DNA of 64,000 nt from an uncultured virus (IMG/VR IMGVR_UViG_3300025674_009014) (lineage: Duplodnaviria; Heunggongvirae; Uroviricota; Caudoviricetes): IMG/VR virus record IMGVR_UViG_3300025674_009014, one strand, 5' to 3'. A model generated the notes under the pieces. The model saw only the letters and a program-made list of their open reading frames with translations, ran no database searches and was not told the DNA's origin. A program made the translations under genes and the position numbers. Shown in pieces: positions 38,129 to 49,615 of the stretch (position 1 is its first letter; each line of letters begins with the position of its first letter).

Positions 38129-39553
38129 ATGATAATAGATAAAGATCCTATTGATTTACCCTCCTCAACTTTTTGCGCATTACCTTGGATGCACATTTCG
38201 ACAAGACCTAATGGACATATGCGTGTTTGCTGTACTGCTAATGCGTCCGCAGTACAAGATAAAGATTCCACTAAGAAAACAATTTCTGAAGCAGGTGTGT
38301 TGAGAAGAGATGATGGTAAACCTGCTAATTTAGCAACTACCGGTTTATTAGAGGCATGGAATAATGATTATATGAAAGCGGTACGCAGAATGATGATGAG
38401 AGGAGAACGTCCTGATTCTTGTTTAAAATGTTTTAAGGAGGAAGATTCAGGACATAGAAGTAAGAGGCAATGGGAAACCGCTAAATGGGTCAATGAACTA
38501 GGAATAGAGGATATAATAAAAGATACCGCTGATGACGGTTCTATACCTCCTAGGGTTAGATATATTGACTTGAGACTGGGATCTAAATGTCAATTAGCTT
38601 GTGTGATGTGTAGTCCACATGATTCGTCAAATTGGGTGAAAGAATATAAAGAAATATATCCTTCTCTCACAAATGAAAGACTAAAAAAATCACAATTGTG
38701 GGAAAAAGATTCTGGTAAATTGGCATGGTCTGGAGGTTCATATGCATGGCATAAAAAAAATCCAGAATTTTGGAATGAATTTTGGACACAAGTTCCGACA
38801 TTAAAACAATTATACTGGGCAGGTGGCGAATCTTTAATAATGAAAGAACATTACATGGTTCTTGAAAAAATTATTGAAATGGGTTATGCTAAAAATATAG
38901 AAGTTAGATATAATTCAAATGGATTGGAATGGTATCCAGAATTATTTGATTTATGGAAAGAATTTAAAAATGTTATTTTTCATTTTAGTATAGACAGTTA
39001 TGCGGAAAAAAATCATTTTATACGATATCCTTCACCATGGAGAAGAGTTGTACATCAACTTAAACAATTAGATTCTTACCCTCATGGTAATTTGAGATTA
39101 ACAACTGCTACAACAATTACAGCACTTAATATTTTTTATTTACCTGAATTTATTACTTGGAAATTGAGTCAAGAATGGAAATTGTTGAACAAATTTCCTG
39201 CAGGTGCAGGTATGATAGATTTGCATTTGGCATATTGGCCACCACAATTAAATTGCAAAATTTTACCAACATGGTTTAAGAAAGAAACTACTCAAAAATA
39301 TGAAAAGTTTTATATTTGGCTAAAAGATAATTGGCATAAGTGTAATGGTGTTGAGGAATTGACTTTTGATGAGTGGAAAGATTTACCATACGGTATTAAA
39401 CGGTTAGAAGGTTTAATATCTTTCATGAACTCAGAGGATTGGTCTGAAAGATTACCTGAAATGTCTGAATGGTGTTTTAAAATAGCAGAAAAAAGAGAAT
39501 TGAATTTTATTGAAATTTTTCCAGATTTAGAATGGTTAGAGTGGTATAAATAA
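38129..39553 (+). CDS. Radical SAM protein with N-terminal twitch-like domain
   Basis: FCALPW...RVCC...CLKC, CQLACVMC, AGGES, YNSNG, SID. Confidence 0.92.
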   Translation: MIIDKDPIDLPSSTFCALPWMHISTRPNGHMRVCCTANASAVQDKDSTKKTISEAGVLRRDDGKPANLATTGLLEAWNNDYMKAVRRMMMRGERPDSCLKCFKEEDSGHRSKRQWETAKWVNELGIEDIIKDTADDGSIPPRVRYIDLRLGSKCQLACVMCSPHDSSNWVKEYKEIYPSLTNERLKKSQLWEKDSGKLAWSGGSYAWHKKNPEFWNEFWTQVPTLKQLYWAGGESLIMKEHYMVLEKIIEMGYAKNIEVRYNSNGLEWYPELFDLWKEFKNVIFHFSIDSYAEKNHFIRYPSPWRRVVHQLKQLDSYPHGNLRLTTATTITALNIFYLPEFITWKLSQEWKLLNKFPAGAGMIDLHLAYWPPQLNCKILPTWFKKETTQKYEKFYIWLKDNWHKCNGVEELTFDEWKDLPYGIKRLEGLISFMNSEDWSERLPEMSEWCFKIAEKRELNFIEIFPDLEWLEWYK

Positions 39554-39556
39554 GAA

Positions 39557-40681
39557 ATGGATCATTTCGATAAACTCTGTCTAGCACCCTGGAATTCAAT
39601 ATACGAAGGCCCAAAAGGTGTAATATCTCCTTGTTGTCAGTTACCAGTATCTTATGAATCTGATGATTATGATAAAGCATATTTAAAATGGCAACATTTA
39701 AGAGATCAATATGATAATCAAATAGTACCTATTGAATGTGAAAATTGTCCTGATAGCCTAAGAGAATCATTCTCTCTTAAGCTGGGTAATGATAAAAGAT
39801 ATGATATTAGGTATATGGATTTATTGTTTTCTAATAAATGTAATTTTGCCTGTCTTGGGTGCAAATCTTCTTTAAGCTCTACAATAGGAAAACTTTTTCG
39901 AGAACCTTTTCACATTGCCAACGAAGGTGATGAATTGTCTGATCATGCTGATGAATGGAGTACATTTAATAAAAAAAAGTTAGATTTTATTGCAAAAAAT
40001 GCATCTAACATAAAAAGTATACATTTGAATGGCGGTGAACCTTTTTTACAAGATGGAATTTATGAATTGCTGGATTATTTAATCAAAAAAAAATTAAATA
40101 AAAAAATACATGTTTGGTCGCACACAAATGGTAGTGTTGACAAATATAAAGGTGTAGATATAGTATATGATTATTTGGTGCATTTTAATAAAGCAAGTGT
40201 TGTCATGAGTTTAGATAATTTTGAAAAAAGAGGCGAATATGTTAGATGGGGGTTGAATCAAAAAAAATGGTTAAAAATTTACGATAAAATTCAACGTTCT
40301 GGTTTATTTTTAAATGTGCATTCTTGCTATAATGTCTTTAATTGTTTGATTTTAGATAAATTTGCTGAATGGTTTTTAGATAATAATATCAAACCTGTAG
40401 AATTAAAATTTTGGGCACATCCACAGTGTTACAGTGTAGATATTATAAAATCTGATTCTGATTTACTAGATAAATCTTTAAAACAAGTGCAGAAAATTCC
40501 TAAATATTTTGGATGGAACAAAAATATTTTTTACAATTTATTAAATAAAGAAATAGATCACTCAAGACTGATTCGACTTAGAGAAGTTTTTTATGAATCT
40601 ATAACATTATTCGATATAAAAAGAAATACTGATTTTTTAAATACTTTTCCAGAATTAAAAAAAATGTATTCAAGAATTTAA
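39557..40681 (+). CDS. Radical SAM protein with N-terminal twitch-like domain
   Basis: CLAPW...PCC...CENC, CNFACLGC, GGEPF, HTNG. Confidence 0.92.
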   Translation: MDHFDKLCLAPWNSIYEGPKGVISPCCQLPVSYESDDYDKAYLKWQHLRDQYDNQIVPIECENCPDSLRESFSLKLGNDKRYDIRYMDLLFSNKCNFACLGCKSSLSSTIGKLFREPFHIANEGDELSDHADEWSTFNKKKLDFIAKNASNIKSIHLNGGEPFLQDGIYELLDYLIKKKLNKKIHVWSHTNGSVDKYKGVDIVYDYLVHFNKASVVMSLDNFEKRGEYVRWGLNQKKWLKIYDKIQRSGLFLNVHSCYNVFNCLILDKFAEWFLDNNIKPVELKFWAHPQCYSVDIIKSDSDLLDKSLKQVQKIPKYFGWNKNIFYNLLNKEIDHSRLIRLREVFYESITLFDIKRNTDFLNTFPELKKMYSRI

Positions 40682-40693
40682 TTTAAATTAAAA

Positions 40694-41728
40694 ATGAATA
40701 GAAATAATTATTGGCCAATTGGTATAAATCAACTCAGAAAAATACAATTAGAGATTACTTCATTTTGTAACGCTAAATGTCCTTCATGTCAAAGACAAAA
40801 TGAACTCATTGAACCTAGTCCATATGTTTCTAAAATCAATAGTAATTTTGTATCGATTTATCAAATTCAAAAATGGTTTGACAAATTTGAATTAAAAAAT
40901 TTAAAATATGTAAAACTTTGCGGAAACATAGATGAACCAACTTTAAATCCTGATATTTTAAAAATTATTGATTATTTTAATAAAAAAAATATTTTAGTGA
41001 CAATTAATACAAATGGAGGTACCAATAATTCATTATTTTGGAAAAAATTAGCAAAAAAAAATGTTCATGTTATTTTTTCTATTGATGGATTGAGTGATAC
41101 AAATCATATTTATCGTGTAAATTTGAAATGGGAAAAAATTCAAAACAATTTTAGAGAATACATAAAAAACGAAGGACATGCAATTTGGCAATTTATTGTT
41201 TTTGATCACAATCAACATCAATTAGAAGAGGCTGAAAAACTTTCCAAAAAAGAAAGATTTAAATCTTTTAAGGTTATAATATCAAAACGTGGAAATGAAA
41301 ATGTTAATTCAGTTGAGATCAGGGACGAAAATATAATTAAAACCTATCAACATAAAACATCAAAAAATAAAATGATTTTGAATAAACATTTCAAAGATGA
41401 TGTGATTTTAGAAGAATCGAAAAATAATATCATTTGTAAAGCACAGTGTGAAAACAGCTCTTTGGATAAATCAGTATATATAACAGTCGATGGAGATGTT
41501 TTCCCTTGCTGTTGGATGGGAACTAATTTGTATAAGCAGGAATTTAGTGAAAAAATATCAAAAAAATTTGGCGATAAACTATCAAATAATTTGAATTACA
41601 TACATCTTAATGAAATATTAGATGGTGATATATTTTCAGAGTTAAATAATAATTTTGATAAAATGGAGGTTTGCAATAAAATGTGTAAACAGGACAGAGA
41701 GGATGTGTTTTGGACAAAGATGAATTAG
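40694..41728 (+). CDS. Radical SAM protein with C-terminal SPASM/twitch-like domain
   Basis: CNAKCPSC, TNGG, FSIDGLSDTNHIYR, WQFIVF, FPCCW, CNKMC. Confidence 0.92.
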   Translation: MNRNNYWPIGINQLRKIQLEITSFCNAKCPSCQRQNELIEPSPYVSKINSNFVSIYQIQKWFDKFELKNLKYVKLCGNIDEPTLNPDILKIIDYFNKKNILVTINTNGGTNNSLFWKKLAKKNVHVIFSIDGLSDTNHIYRVNLKWEKIQNNFREYIKNEGHAIWQFIVFDHNQHQLEEAEKLSKKERFKSFKVIISKRGNENVNSVEIRDENIIKTYQHKTSKNKMILNKHFKDDVILEESKNNIICKAQCENSSLDKSVYITVDGDVFPCCWMGTNLYKQEFSEKISKKFGDKLSNNLNYIHLNEILDGDIFSELNNNFDKMEVCNKMCKQDREDVFWTKMN

Positions 41729-42855
41729 GAAAATATTTTTGCATGGCGCCTTTTACACATATTGCGGTTGATTCTCAGCAAAATTTTAGACCTTGTTGTA
41801 TGTTTTATCCTACGATTTATGATAAACGTTATGATTCTGTGAGAAAAGTTTTTGACAGTGTAGAAAATGAGACATTGAGACAAAAAATGTTAAACGGTGA
41901 GAAAATAAAAGGATGTGAAAAATGCTATAGAGATGAAAAATTAAATAAAAATAGTTACAGGAATGATTTTAATAATCGATATTTTAAAGAAGAGTATATT
42001 AAAAATCCAAAAATAAAAGAACTGGAACTAGCATTAGGAAATAAGTGTAATTTGAAATGTGTCACGTGCAACAGCTATTATAGTAGTGCATGGGAAAAAG
42101 AAGATAAGTTATTATCTAGAATTATGAGAAGAAGAATTGTAGAAAATGATAGAGTAAACGAAAATTTAGAAGATTTTTTAAACTATGATTTTTCAGATTT
42201 AAGACAAATAAAAATTCTGGGAGGTGAGCCTTTTTTATACAAAGAATATTTTGATTTTTTTGAAAAAATTCAGGTGGATAAAATTAATGTTTTTTTAGTC
42301 ACAAATAACACTATATTTCCTAACAATGATTGGTTAATGAAGTTTAAGCAATTTAATAATGTAAAAATTAATATAAGTATTGATGGTGTGCATGAGTTAG
42401 GTGAATTTGTTAGATATGGATTGAATTTTAAAAGATTTACTAAAAATTTTGAAAAATGGATAAAATTTTCAAATGAAAATAACAATGTTGATATTATTCC
42501 TCATTTGGTGATACATAATTTAAATATTTTAAATGTGGTTTCAACATATGAATGGTTAAGTAAATATTTTGATAAGAAAACTTTTTTATCATTTGATATA
42601 TTGGATGATCCTCAATATTTAAATATAGGTTTCTTGCCCGATAATGTTAAATCTTTCGTTTTACAAAAGATTTCTAATTTTAATTATTTTAACACCATAA
42701 AAGAATATTTAAACATGACTAAATTTGATGTAAATTCTATGAAAGAATTTTTAAAATATGCTAATTTTTTAAGCACTAGAAATGATTTACCCGAAGAGTC
42801 TTTAATTATTTATAATTTAATAAAGCAAAGTATTAAAAATGTGGAATTTGAATGA
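41710..42855 (+). CDS. Radical SAM protein with N-terminal twitch-like domain
   Basis: FCMAPF...RPCC...CEKC, CNLKCVTC, GGEPF, SIDG. Confidence 0.92.
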   Translation: MDKDELGKYFCMAPFTHIAVDSQQNFRPCCMFYPTIYDKRYDSVRKVFDSVENETLRQKMLNGEKIKGCEKCYRDEKLNKNSYRNDFNNRYFKEEYIKNPKIKELELALGNKCNLKCVTCNSYYSSAWEKEDKLLSRIMRRRIVENDRVNENLEDFLNYDFSDLRQIKILGGEPFLYKEYFDFFEKIQVDKINVFLVTNNTIFPNNDWLMKFKQFNNVKINISIDGVHELGEFVRYGLNFKRFTKNFEKWIKFSNENNNVDIIPHLVIHNLNILNVVSTYEWLSKYFDKKTFLSFDILDDPQYLNIGFLPDNVKSFVLQKISNFNYFNTIKEYLNMTKFDVNSMKEFLKYANFLSTRNDLPEESLIIYNLIKQSIKNVEFE

Positions 42856-43777
42856 AATAGAATGGATTGATTTTGAAATAACATCTTTTTGTAATATAAA
42901 ATGTCCTGGCTGTTTGAGACAACAGTCCGAAATAGTAAAACCTCTATTAAATAAGGAATATTTAAAATTAGATGACTTGAAAAAATGGATTAGAAGAATA
43001 GATTTTCCATCGATAAAAATTGTCAATTTTTGTGGTTCTGTTGATGAACCGACATCTCATCCGGAATTTTTAGAAATTATAAAATATTTTAAAACATGGA
43101 ATTGTCATATCAACATAGCAACGAATGGTTCTATCAGAACTAAAAAATGGTGGAAAAATTTAGGAATATTGTTAAAAGATCACCCACACAGTGTACATTT
43201 TGGTATTGACGGTTTAGATGGGTTGAGTCATAGATATAGAGTGAATAGTAATTATGAAAAAGTCAAGGAAAATTGGAGATCATTTATATCTGAAGAAGGT
43301 CGAGCGATTTGGCAATTTATAGTTTTTGAATGGAATGAACATCAATTGGAAGATGCAAGAAAATTTTCGGTCGATGAAGGTTTCGAAGGGTTTAGAACTA
43401 TTTTTTCACACAGAAGCACTTCAGGAGAAAAAAAAGTAAATAGAGAAGCTTTAGACAATATAGAGTGTAAATATGGAAATCAAAAAAGAATATTTATTAA
43501 TCATTTAGGAAATGTAATACCCTGTTGTCATTTAAATTCTGAAACTCTTGAGGTTTTATCATCTAATAGGATTAAAACAAATTTTGGTGAATTGTATGTC
43601 AATAATGGTAAACAATTGTCAACTAATTTAAGATATCAGCACATTAATGATATTTTAAACGGAGATCTTTTTAATGACATAATTAGATCTTGGTCTACAC
43701 AAAATCCAATTAAAAAATGTTACGATACCTGTAAACAAAAAAAACACGATTTATTTGAGGATATTAAAAATGATTAA
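42839..43777 (+). CDS. Radical SAM protein with C-terminal SPASM/twitch-like domain
   Basis: CNIKCPGC, TNGS, FGIDGL, WQFIVF, IPCC, CYDTC. Confidence 0.92.
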   Translation: MWNLNEIEWIDFEITSFCNIKCPGCLRQQSEIVKPLLNKEYLKLDDLKKWIRRIDFPSIKIVNFCGSVDEPTSHPEFLEIIKYFKTWNCHINIATNGSIRTKKWWKNLGILLKDHPHSVHFGIDGLDGLSHRYRVNSNYEKVKENWRSFISEEGRAIWQFIVFEWNEHQLEDARKFSVDEGFEGFRTIFSHRSTSGEKKVNREALDNIECKYGNQKRIFINHLGNVIPCCHLNSETLEVLSSNRIKTNFGELYVNNGKQLSTNLRYQHINDILNGDLFNDIIRSWSTQNPIKKCYDTCKQKKHDLFEDIKND

Positions 43778-45083
43778 ATGCTATTATGCACTAGGAGGAA
43801 TAAATTACAAAAATGGAGTAATTACTACTTGTCCTAGACAAGCAAATCAACTTGTATATGCTAATGAAACTATATTACCATCAGAAATTTTTAATCACAA
43901 AAATTTTATAGATTTAAGAAAAAAATTATACAACGATCAGTGGCCCACAGGTTGTGATACTTGCATGGACATGGAAAGAGATGGATTAAACTCTATGAGA
44001 TTAGATTATGTTTTAGATGATAATAATGTATTTAGAAAACATAATATTAATGGAACCCCAGAAAAAACAAATGCTCATTTGATGAAATGTTATGATACAG
44101 ACACCCATCAAGTTAAGAGGGAAGGTTTAAGACACTTAGAGTTTAGATTTAGTACAGCATGTAATTTTGCTTGCCTACACTGCTCACAGGTATATTCTTC
44201 AGGATGGACTAAAAAATTAAAAAATTATGAACCTGACGAAGAAGTTGTTTTGAATGATTTAAGACAACTTTTAGGAACTGAGCATAGACATGGACCTAAT
44301 GATAAAAATGAAATGTCTTTAACAACGAAACAATCTCTTGAAATTGTCGAAGATTTGAACGAAAATTTTCCATATTTACAATATGTAGATTTTGCAGGCG
44401 GAGAGGTATTGTATCAAAAACAATTTTTTCCAACACTTCAGAAATTATCAGAACATCCTAATGCAAAAAACATGCTAATATCATTTCATACCAATTTTAA
44501 TGCTGATTTTGATGTGATTAAATTGAGCGATTTATTAGAACCTTTTGGAGATTCTTCAATAATTATTTCAGTTGATGCTGGTAGAACTTTTTATCCATAT
44601 TTTAGACACGGAGGTACTTGGGAAAAGTTGGAAAAAAATATTAAAGATTTCAAAGAGTATAACAATTTTACAGTTATCGATTTAACATGTACCGCATCAA
44701 TTTATCAAATGTTAGATATTTACGATGTTTTTGATTCTTTCTTGAGTTTAAATTGTCATTTAGATGCATCAATAGTTCAAACTCCAAAATATTTAAATCC
44801 ATCATTAATTATGCATGAATTTGAAAAAGAAACTGAAAAAGACATAATGAGAACATATGAATTGGTTGAAAAGTCGGGCAATAATCATCCTAAACCATGG
44901 AGAAATTCTATATACTGGTTAAATTACATCGTAGATTACGTTAAAAATACAAAATTATCATATAACCAGTATAATAAGTTTTTAGTCTATAGAAAAAAGT
45001 CTGATGAAATATGGAAACAAAATTTTAATGATTATTTTCAAAATTATCAAATAGAAGACGATGAATTGGTCAGGGTAAAATGA
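43770..45083 (+). CDS. Radical SAM protein with N-terminal twitch-like domain
   Basis: KCYY...TTCP...CDTC, CNFACLHC, AGGEV, HTN, SVDA; GAGG RBS before ATG 43770. Confidence 0.9.
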   Translation: MIKCYYALGGINYKNGVITTCPRQANQLVYANETILPSEIFNHKNFIDLRKKLYNDQWPTGCDTCMDMERDGLNSMRLDYVLDDNNVFRKHNINGTPEKTNAHLMKCYDTDTHQVKREGLRHLEFRFSTACNFACLHCSQVYSSGWTKKLKNYEPDEEVVLNDLRQLLGTEHRHGPNDKNEMSLTTKQSLEIVEDLNENFPYLQYVDFAGGEVLYQKQFFPTLQKLSEHPNAKNMLISFHTNFNADFDVIKLSDLLEPFGDSSIIISVDAGRTFYPYFRHGGTWEKLEKNIKDFKEYNNFTVIDLTCTASIYQMLDIYDVFDSFLSLNCHLDASIVQTPKYLNPSLIMHEFEKETEKDIMRTYELVEKSGNNHPKPWRNSIYWLNYIVDYVKNTKLSYNQYNKFLVYRKKSDEIWKQNFNDYFQNYQIEDDELVRVK

Positions 45084-46132
45084 AAATTAGCGAGTATGAT
45101 TTTTCAAAAATACCTTGGCAGGATATTAAGAGTGTAGGTACATTCAAGATGCTTGAATCGGATCTATTTATAGTATCATGGCTTCTTGGCAGGTTTTGTA
45201 ATTATAGGTGTTCTTATTGCTGGCCTTATGCTAGAAGTAATACCAAAGATCATAGGCCTACTGAAGTTTGTTTAAGAACAATAGATGAAATAAAAAGACA
45301 AGCTAGAATAAATGGATTTAATAGTTTTCATTTTAGTTTATCTGGAGGTGAACCTACTTTTCACCCAGGTTATCTTGATATATTAGAGTACCTAGCAGAT
45401 GATGTTCATAACACAAATTATACATCTAATCATATGACTTCAAATTGTTCCAGACCTATTTCTTGGTTTGAAAAATATGTGAATTACGCTAAAAAATTTA
45501 CAAGGTCTTCTATAACTGCATCGTTTCATAGAGAGTTTGTAAACACAGAAAAAAAGAGACAAGAATGGGCGGACAAATTGGATTTTTGTCAAAGAAATGG
45601 TATTAGAGTGACTATAAATTCGGTAATGATACCTGAAAAATTTGATGAAATATATTCCGAACTAAATTATTTTATGCAAAGAGGAATAAATGTAACGTTA
45701 AAGCCTCAGAGTGATCCAACAGCAAGCAGGGTTGTAGATGGTTATACTGATGAGCAAATGAAAATTCTTCACAATGGTATGCCACAAGTTACAAACATGG
45801 AAGTTAAATCTAAAAAATTAAAAAATGTTCAACAAGAATTTGAAATTGTTATGAAAGATTCTCAAGATAACACTTGGTATTTGGATCAAGCGGAAAGATT
45901 TAATGCATTTAACTTTAATAATTTTAAAGGTTGGGACTGTAGAGCGGGATATCAAAGTATAATCATTAGAGAACCTGATGGTAGTGTAAAAAGAAGTTAT
46001 AGTTGTGCGGATGTTCCTTTAGGTAATATTGAAACAGGATTTAAATTATTTGAAAAACCAATGCCTTGTATAACAGATGCATGTGTAAGTTCTGCTGATA
46101 GTAAAATACCAAAGAATATAAAAATAAAATAA
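45080..46132 (+). CDS. Radical SAM protein with C-terminal Cys cluster
   Basis: WLLGRFCNYRCSYCWP, SGGEPTFHP, WDCRAG...SC...PC...C; paralog of 32660. Confidence 0.92.
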   Translation: MKISEYDFSKIPWQDIKSVGTFKMLESDLFIVSWLLGRFCNYRCSYCWPYARSNTKDHRPTEVCLRTIDEIKRQARINGFNSFHFSLSGGEPTFHPGYLDILEYLADDVHNTNYTSNHMTSNCSRPISWFEKYVNYAKKFTRSSITASFHREFVNTEKKRQEWADKLDFCQRNGIRVTINSVMIPEKFDEIYSELNYFMQRGINVTLKPQSDPTASRVVDGYTDEQMKILHNGMPQVTNMEVKSKKLKNVQQEFEIVMKDSQDNTWYLDQAERFNAFNFNNFKGWDCRAGYQSIIIREPDGSVKRSYSCADVPLGNIETGFKLFEKPMPCITDACVSSADSKIPKNIKIK

Positions 46133-46140
46133 AGAATCAT

Positions 46141-47346
46141 ATGGATGTCGAAAAAAAATATGAAAAAGTTTTCTGCTCTTTACCCTTCACATATGTATAT
46201 GTTGATTCTTTAAATGAATATAAATTGTGCAGTGATACAAATGTAAGTTCTAAAATTAAATCACATGATCAATCCATATTAACATACTTTAATTCTGAAT
46301 ATTTGAATAATATTAGAAAAAAAATGATCGATTTTAATATCGATGATGAAGTAAAAAAAACCTGCTTAAAATGTATCGAAAGAGAAAGTTTAGGAATTTG
46401 GTCGAGAAGAGATCCTAAAATAAAAAAAATTGTATTGGATAATTTCAAAGAAGGTAATATTAACATTCCAACTTCTAAAACTTTGAAATTAAAATTCGGA
46501 AATGTTTGTAATTTAATGTGTTTGAGTTGCGGTCCTTATTCATCATCTAGATGGTTGATGTCGGAAAGAAATAGTAATAAAGTTAAAAATGAACTTTATT
46601 ATAAATTTAGAGATATGGTAAATAATGCTACATTAGAAAAATACAAAGGATATTTTAAAGTTTCCGAATATGAAACAAAAGATATTCATGCATTCAATTT
46701 CAATCAAAAATTTTATGACGAACTGAAAATATTACTAACTGATATTGAAGAAATAGTCATTTCTGGTGGAGAACCATTTTTAAGTGATAATTTTTACTAT
46801 TTCATAGAATGGTTAATTAAAAATTCATATTCAAAACATTTGAATTTACACGTATTTACAAATGGCATGAAAATGCCAAAAAATTTTAAAAGATATTGTG
46901 ATAAATTTAAATCTTTTAATGTGAGAATATCTATAGATGGTATAGGAAAAAAAGATGAATATATTAGAACAGGCACCAACTTTGAAATAAAAGAAAAAAA
47001 TATAAATAAATTGCATGATTATTTTAAGGTCGATTTTTTTACAACTGTTAGTATGTTAAATGCTGGATATTTGAGTGAAATTTATAATTTTCAAAAAAAA
47101 TTTAGAAACACGCATGTGTATTTAAATTATTTGGTCGAACCTTTTTTTTTACAAGTTGTAAATATTCCAAATGAAATAAAAAAAATATATAATGATAAGG
47201 GTGAAAAAAATAAATTATTTAACGTTGAAGGTGAGCAAAAATATTTTAAATTAGGTATTTTATACTTAAAAAAATTTGATCAAATCAATAAGACCAATTT
47301 AATGGATGAATGGCCAGAATTTTATGAATATTACTCCTCAGCCTAA
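46141..47346 (+). CDS. Radical SAM protein with N-terminal twitch-like domain
   Basis: FCSLPF...CLKC, CNLMCLSC, GGEPF, TNG, SIDG. Confidence 0.92.
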   Translation: MDVEKKYEKVFCSLPFTYVYVDSLNEYKLCSDTNVSSKIKSHDQSILTYFNSEYLNNIRKKMIDFNIDDEVKKTCLKCIERESLGIWSRRDPKIKKIVLDNFKEGNINIPTSKTLKLKFGNVCNLMCLSCGPYSSSRWLMSERNSNKVKNELYYKFRDMVNNATLEKYKGYFKVSEYETKDIHAFNFNQKFYDELKILLTDIEEIVISGGEPFLSDNFYYFIEWLIKNSYSKHLNLHVFTNGMKMPKNFKRYCDKFKSFNVRISIDGIGKKDEYIRTGTNFEIKEKNINKLHDYFKVDFFTTVSMLNAGYLSEIYNFQKKFRNTHVYLNYLVEPFFLQVVNIPNEIKKIYNDKGEKNKLFNVEGEQKYFKLGILYLKKFDQINKTNLMDEWPEFYEYYSSA

Positions 47347-48577
47347 CAATACCTTTTGTTATTATCCATTTTATGCTATTGCAATAAAATCTTTTTCTGG
47401 CAGTAATCTAAGAAAAGTTTCTCCTTGCTGTAAAATGATGGATTTAGGAAGGTCTGTTTTAACAGAAAAACAGATTAAAGATTTATCTCTCATTGAAATT
47501 TTTGAGCATGAAAAATTTGAAAAATTGAGATCGGATAGTTTAAATAACATTAGAAATTCTAATTGTCAAGTTTGCTGGAGACAAGAAGATAAAAATATGA
47601 AATCTTTTAGATTGCAATCTACTTGGGCTTTTGACGATTCTTTTAAAAAAGATTTGAGAGAATTTGATGTTTCTTTTTCAAATAAATGTAATTTATCCTG
47701 TAGAATGTGTAACACTGGTTCAACACATCAATTATACAAAGATAAACATTTTTTTGAAAAAAATAATTTAATTGATGACATAAATTATGCTTCTTCAAAT
47801 TCTTTTTTTCCTAGTGTTAATATTGACACAATAAACAATAAACAATTAAATTGGTTATTAGAAAATACAGATAAAATAAAGGTATTGAAAATTAGTGGTG
47901 GAGAACCTTTATATGAAAAAAAAGTTCTAAAATTATTAAATATAATGATAGAAAAAGGAACTTCTAAAAATTGCGTCATTCAATTGCACACCAATGCATT
48001 TTTGTTAGATACCAAAAACATTGAAATTTTAAATAATTTTAAATATCAAAGTCATACATTTAGTATGGATGGAGTTGATAGTATATACAATTATATTAGA
48101 CATTATTCTTCATTTGATGTCGTGGAAAAAAATATAATGAATTGGTTGAATGAAAGTAATAATATTTTATCTTTAAATTTTAATTTAGTATTAACTGCGT
48201 TGAACCTGATGAATTTAAAGGAATATTTTCAATGGATCAATGATATTTTTAATTTTAAATATGATGTGAAAGTAGATATATCTGAAGCAAGGCCTTTCAC
48301 AAGAGGAACATCGATTTGTAATTTGCCCATCAAATATTTGAAGAAATCTAGAGACAAAATAGAAAATTTTTTTGAAAAATTTAGTTCGAATAACATTATA
48401 TATGATAGAGAGAATATTTTGATAATGATAGATAATGCGATTAAAAATAATAAATATGATTTCAATCATAAAAATTTAAAAAAAGAAATTGTATTGTTAG
48501 ATATGTCAAGAAATCAAAAATATTCGGATTATTTAAATTCAGAACTGATAGAAGTTATTGACGGAATTCAGTTGTGA
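47306..48577 (+). CDS. Radical SAM protein with N-terminal twitch-like domain
   Basis: FCYYPF...PCC...CQVC, CNLSCRMC, GGEPL, SMDG; true start may be ATG 47324. Confidence 0.92.
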   Translation: MNGQNFMNITPQPNNTFCYYPFYAIAIKSFSGSNLRKVSPCCKMMDLGRSVLTEKQIKDLSLIEIFEHEKFEKLRSDSLNNIRNSNCQVCWRQEDKNMKSFRLQSTWAFDDSFKKDLREFDVSFSNKCNLSCRMCNTGSTHQLYKDKHFFEKNNLIDDINYASSNSFFPSVNIDTINNKQLNWLLENTDKIKVLKISGGEPLYEKKVLKLLNIMIEKGTSKNCVIQLHTNAFLLDTKNIEILNNFKYQSHTFSMDGVDSIYNYIRHYSSFDVVEKNIMNWLNESNNILSLNFNLVLTALNLMNLKEYFQWINDIFNFKYDVKVDISEARPFTRGTSICNLPIKYLKKSRDKIENFFEKFSSNNIIYDRENILIMIDNAIKNNKYDFNHKNLKKEIVLLDMSRNQKYSDYLNSELIEVIDGIQL

Positions 48578-49410
48578 AAAATTTTTATTTTTTTGGAGAT
48601 AGTTATTTTGATGCAAAAATTTGTAAAAATTCCAATCATGAACTTTGGCCTGATTTAATTGAAAGTAAATATAAATCCAAATTCAATTTTCATAATTTTT
48701 CAAAATCAGGTACAGGACCCCATTTCGCATTCAAAATATTTAATAAAATGATGTTTTCAGAAAATATAATCAAAAAAGATGATGTAGTTTTATTTCATTT
48801 ATCTGGAGGTGATAGAATAGATTTTATATGTTCAAATGGAATTGAAGGATATATGAATCAAATATGTTTTGATTATAATGAAAGAACTTCATATTGTTTA
48901 ATTGAAAACAATAATGAACAGATGCAAAATGAAAAAAAGAAAAAACTATTAACATTCTATGAAAGTTTTAAAAATGAAATAGAATTTTGTTTCTTAACGT
49001 TTGAAAATGATATTATTCATATGAACATAAAGTATATATCTTTTTTATACACTTTGTCAAAACTATATGGTATTAAAGTCATTTTATTTTCAACTGATAA
49101 AATAGGCAAATTTCATCAATTTTCGATATTAAATGATGATAATTTTTTCATGTCTGATTATAATTTATTTAATTTGAGTTTTGATGAAATTTTAGATAAT
49201 GAAAAGCACATTGTTTCCAATAAAGTAAAAATAGATAAAAGAATGATACATTTCTCAGAGGAAAATCACTATATTATGGCAGAATACATATCTAGTATAA
49301 TAGATAATAGAATTGACAAATTACCAACGTTTAAGAGAAACTTTAAGTCGGTTTCTGACGTTTTTAGTTACATATCGAATAGTAAAAATAGAAAATTTAT
49401 TTATGAATGA
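48574..49410 (+). CDS. SGNH/GDSL-like protein
   Basis: FFGDSY, NFSKSGTG, C-terminal DKRMIHFSEENH. Confidence 0.65.
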   Translation: MKNFYFFGDSYFDAKICKNSNHELWPDLIESKYKSKFNFHNFSKSGTGPHFAFKIFNKMMFSENIIKKDDVVLFHLSGGDRIDFICSNGIEGYMNQICFDYNERTSYCLIENNNEQMQNEKKKKLLTFYESFKNEIEFCFLTFENDIIHMNIKYISFLYTLSKLYGIKVILFSTDKIGKFHQFSILNDDNFFMSDYNLFNLSFDEILDNEKHIVSNKVKIDKRMIHFSEENHYIMAEYISSIIDNRIDKLPTFKRNFKSVSDVFSYISNSKNRKFIYE

Positions 49411-49615
49411 TGAATTGCTCAATAGCATAATAAAAGATTATAGTGTCAGGGAATTGCAAATATATTCCTCAAAAATATTATCCATACATGAATCAACAAA
49501 TAATTTTATCAAACAATTTAAATCTGATCATGACAGTTTACAATTTTATAAAAATGTTATATTATGGTACATGAAAAAATATAACCGATTACCAGACGAG
49601 ATAGATAATGTATAA
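49403..49615 (+). CDS. Hypothetical 70-aa protein
   Basis: ATG 49403 overlaps the upstream stop; its own stop overlaps the next start. Confidence 0.55.
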   Translation: MNDELLNSIIKDYSVRELQIYSSKILSIHESTNNFIKQFKSDHDSLQFYKNVILWYMKKYNRLPDEIDNV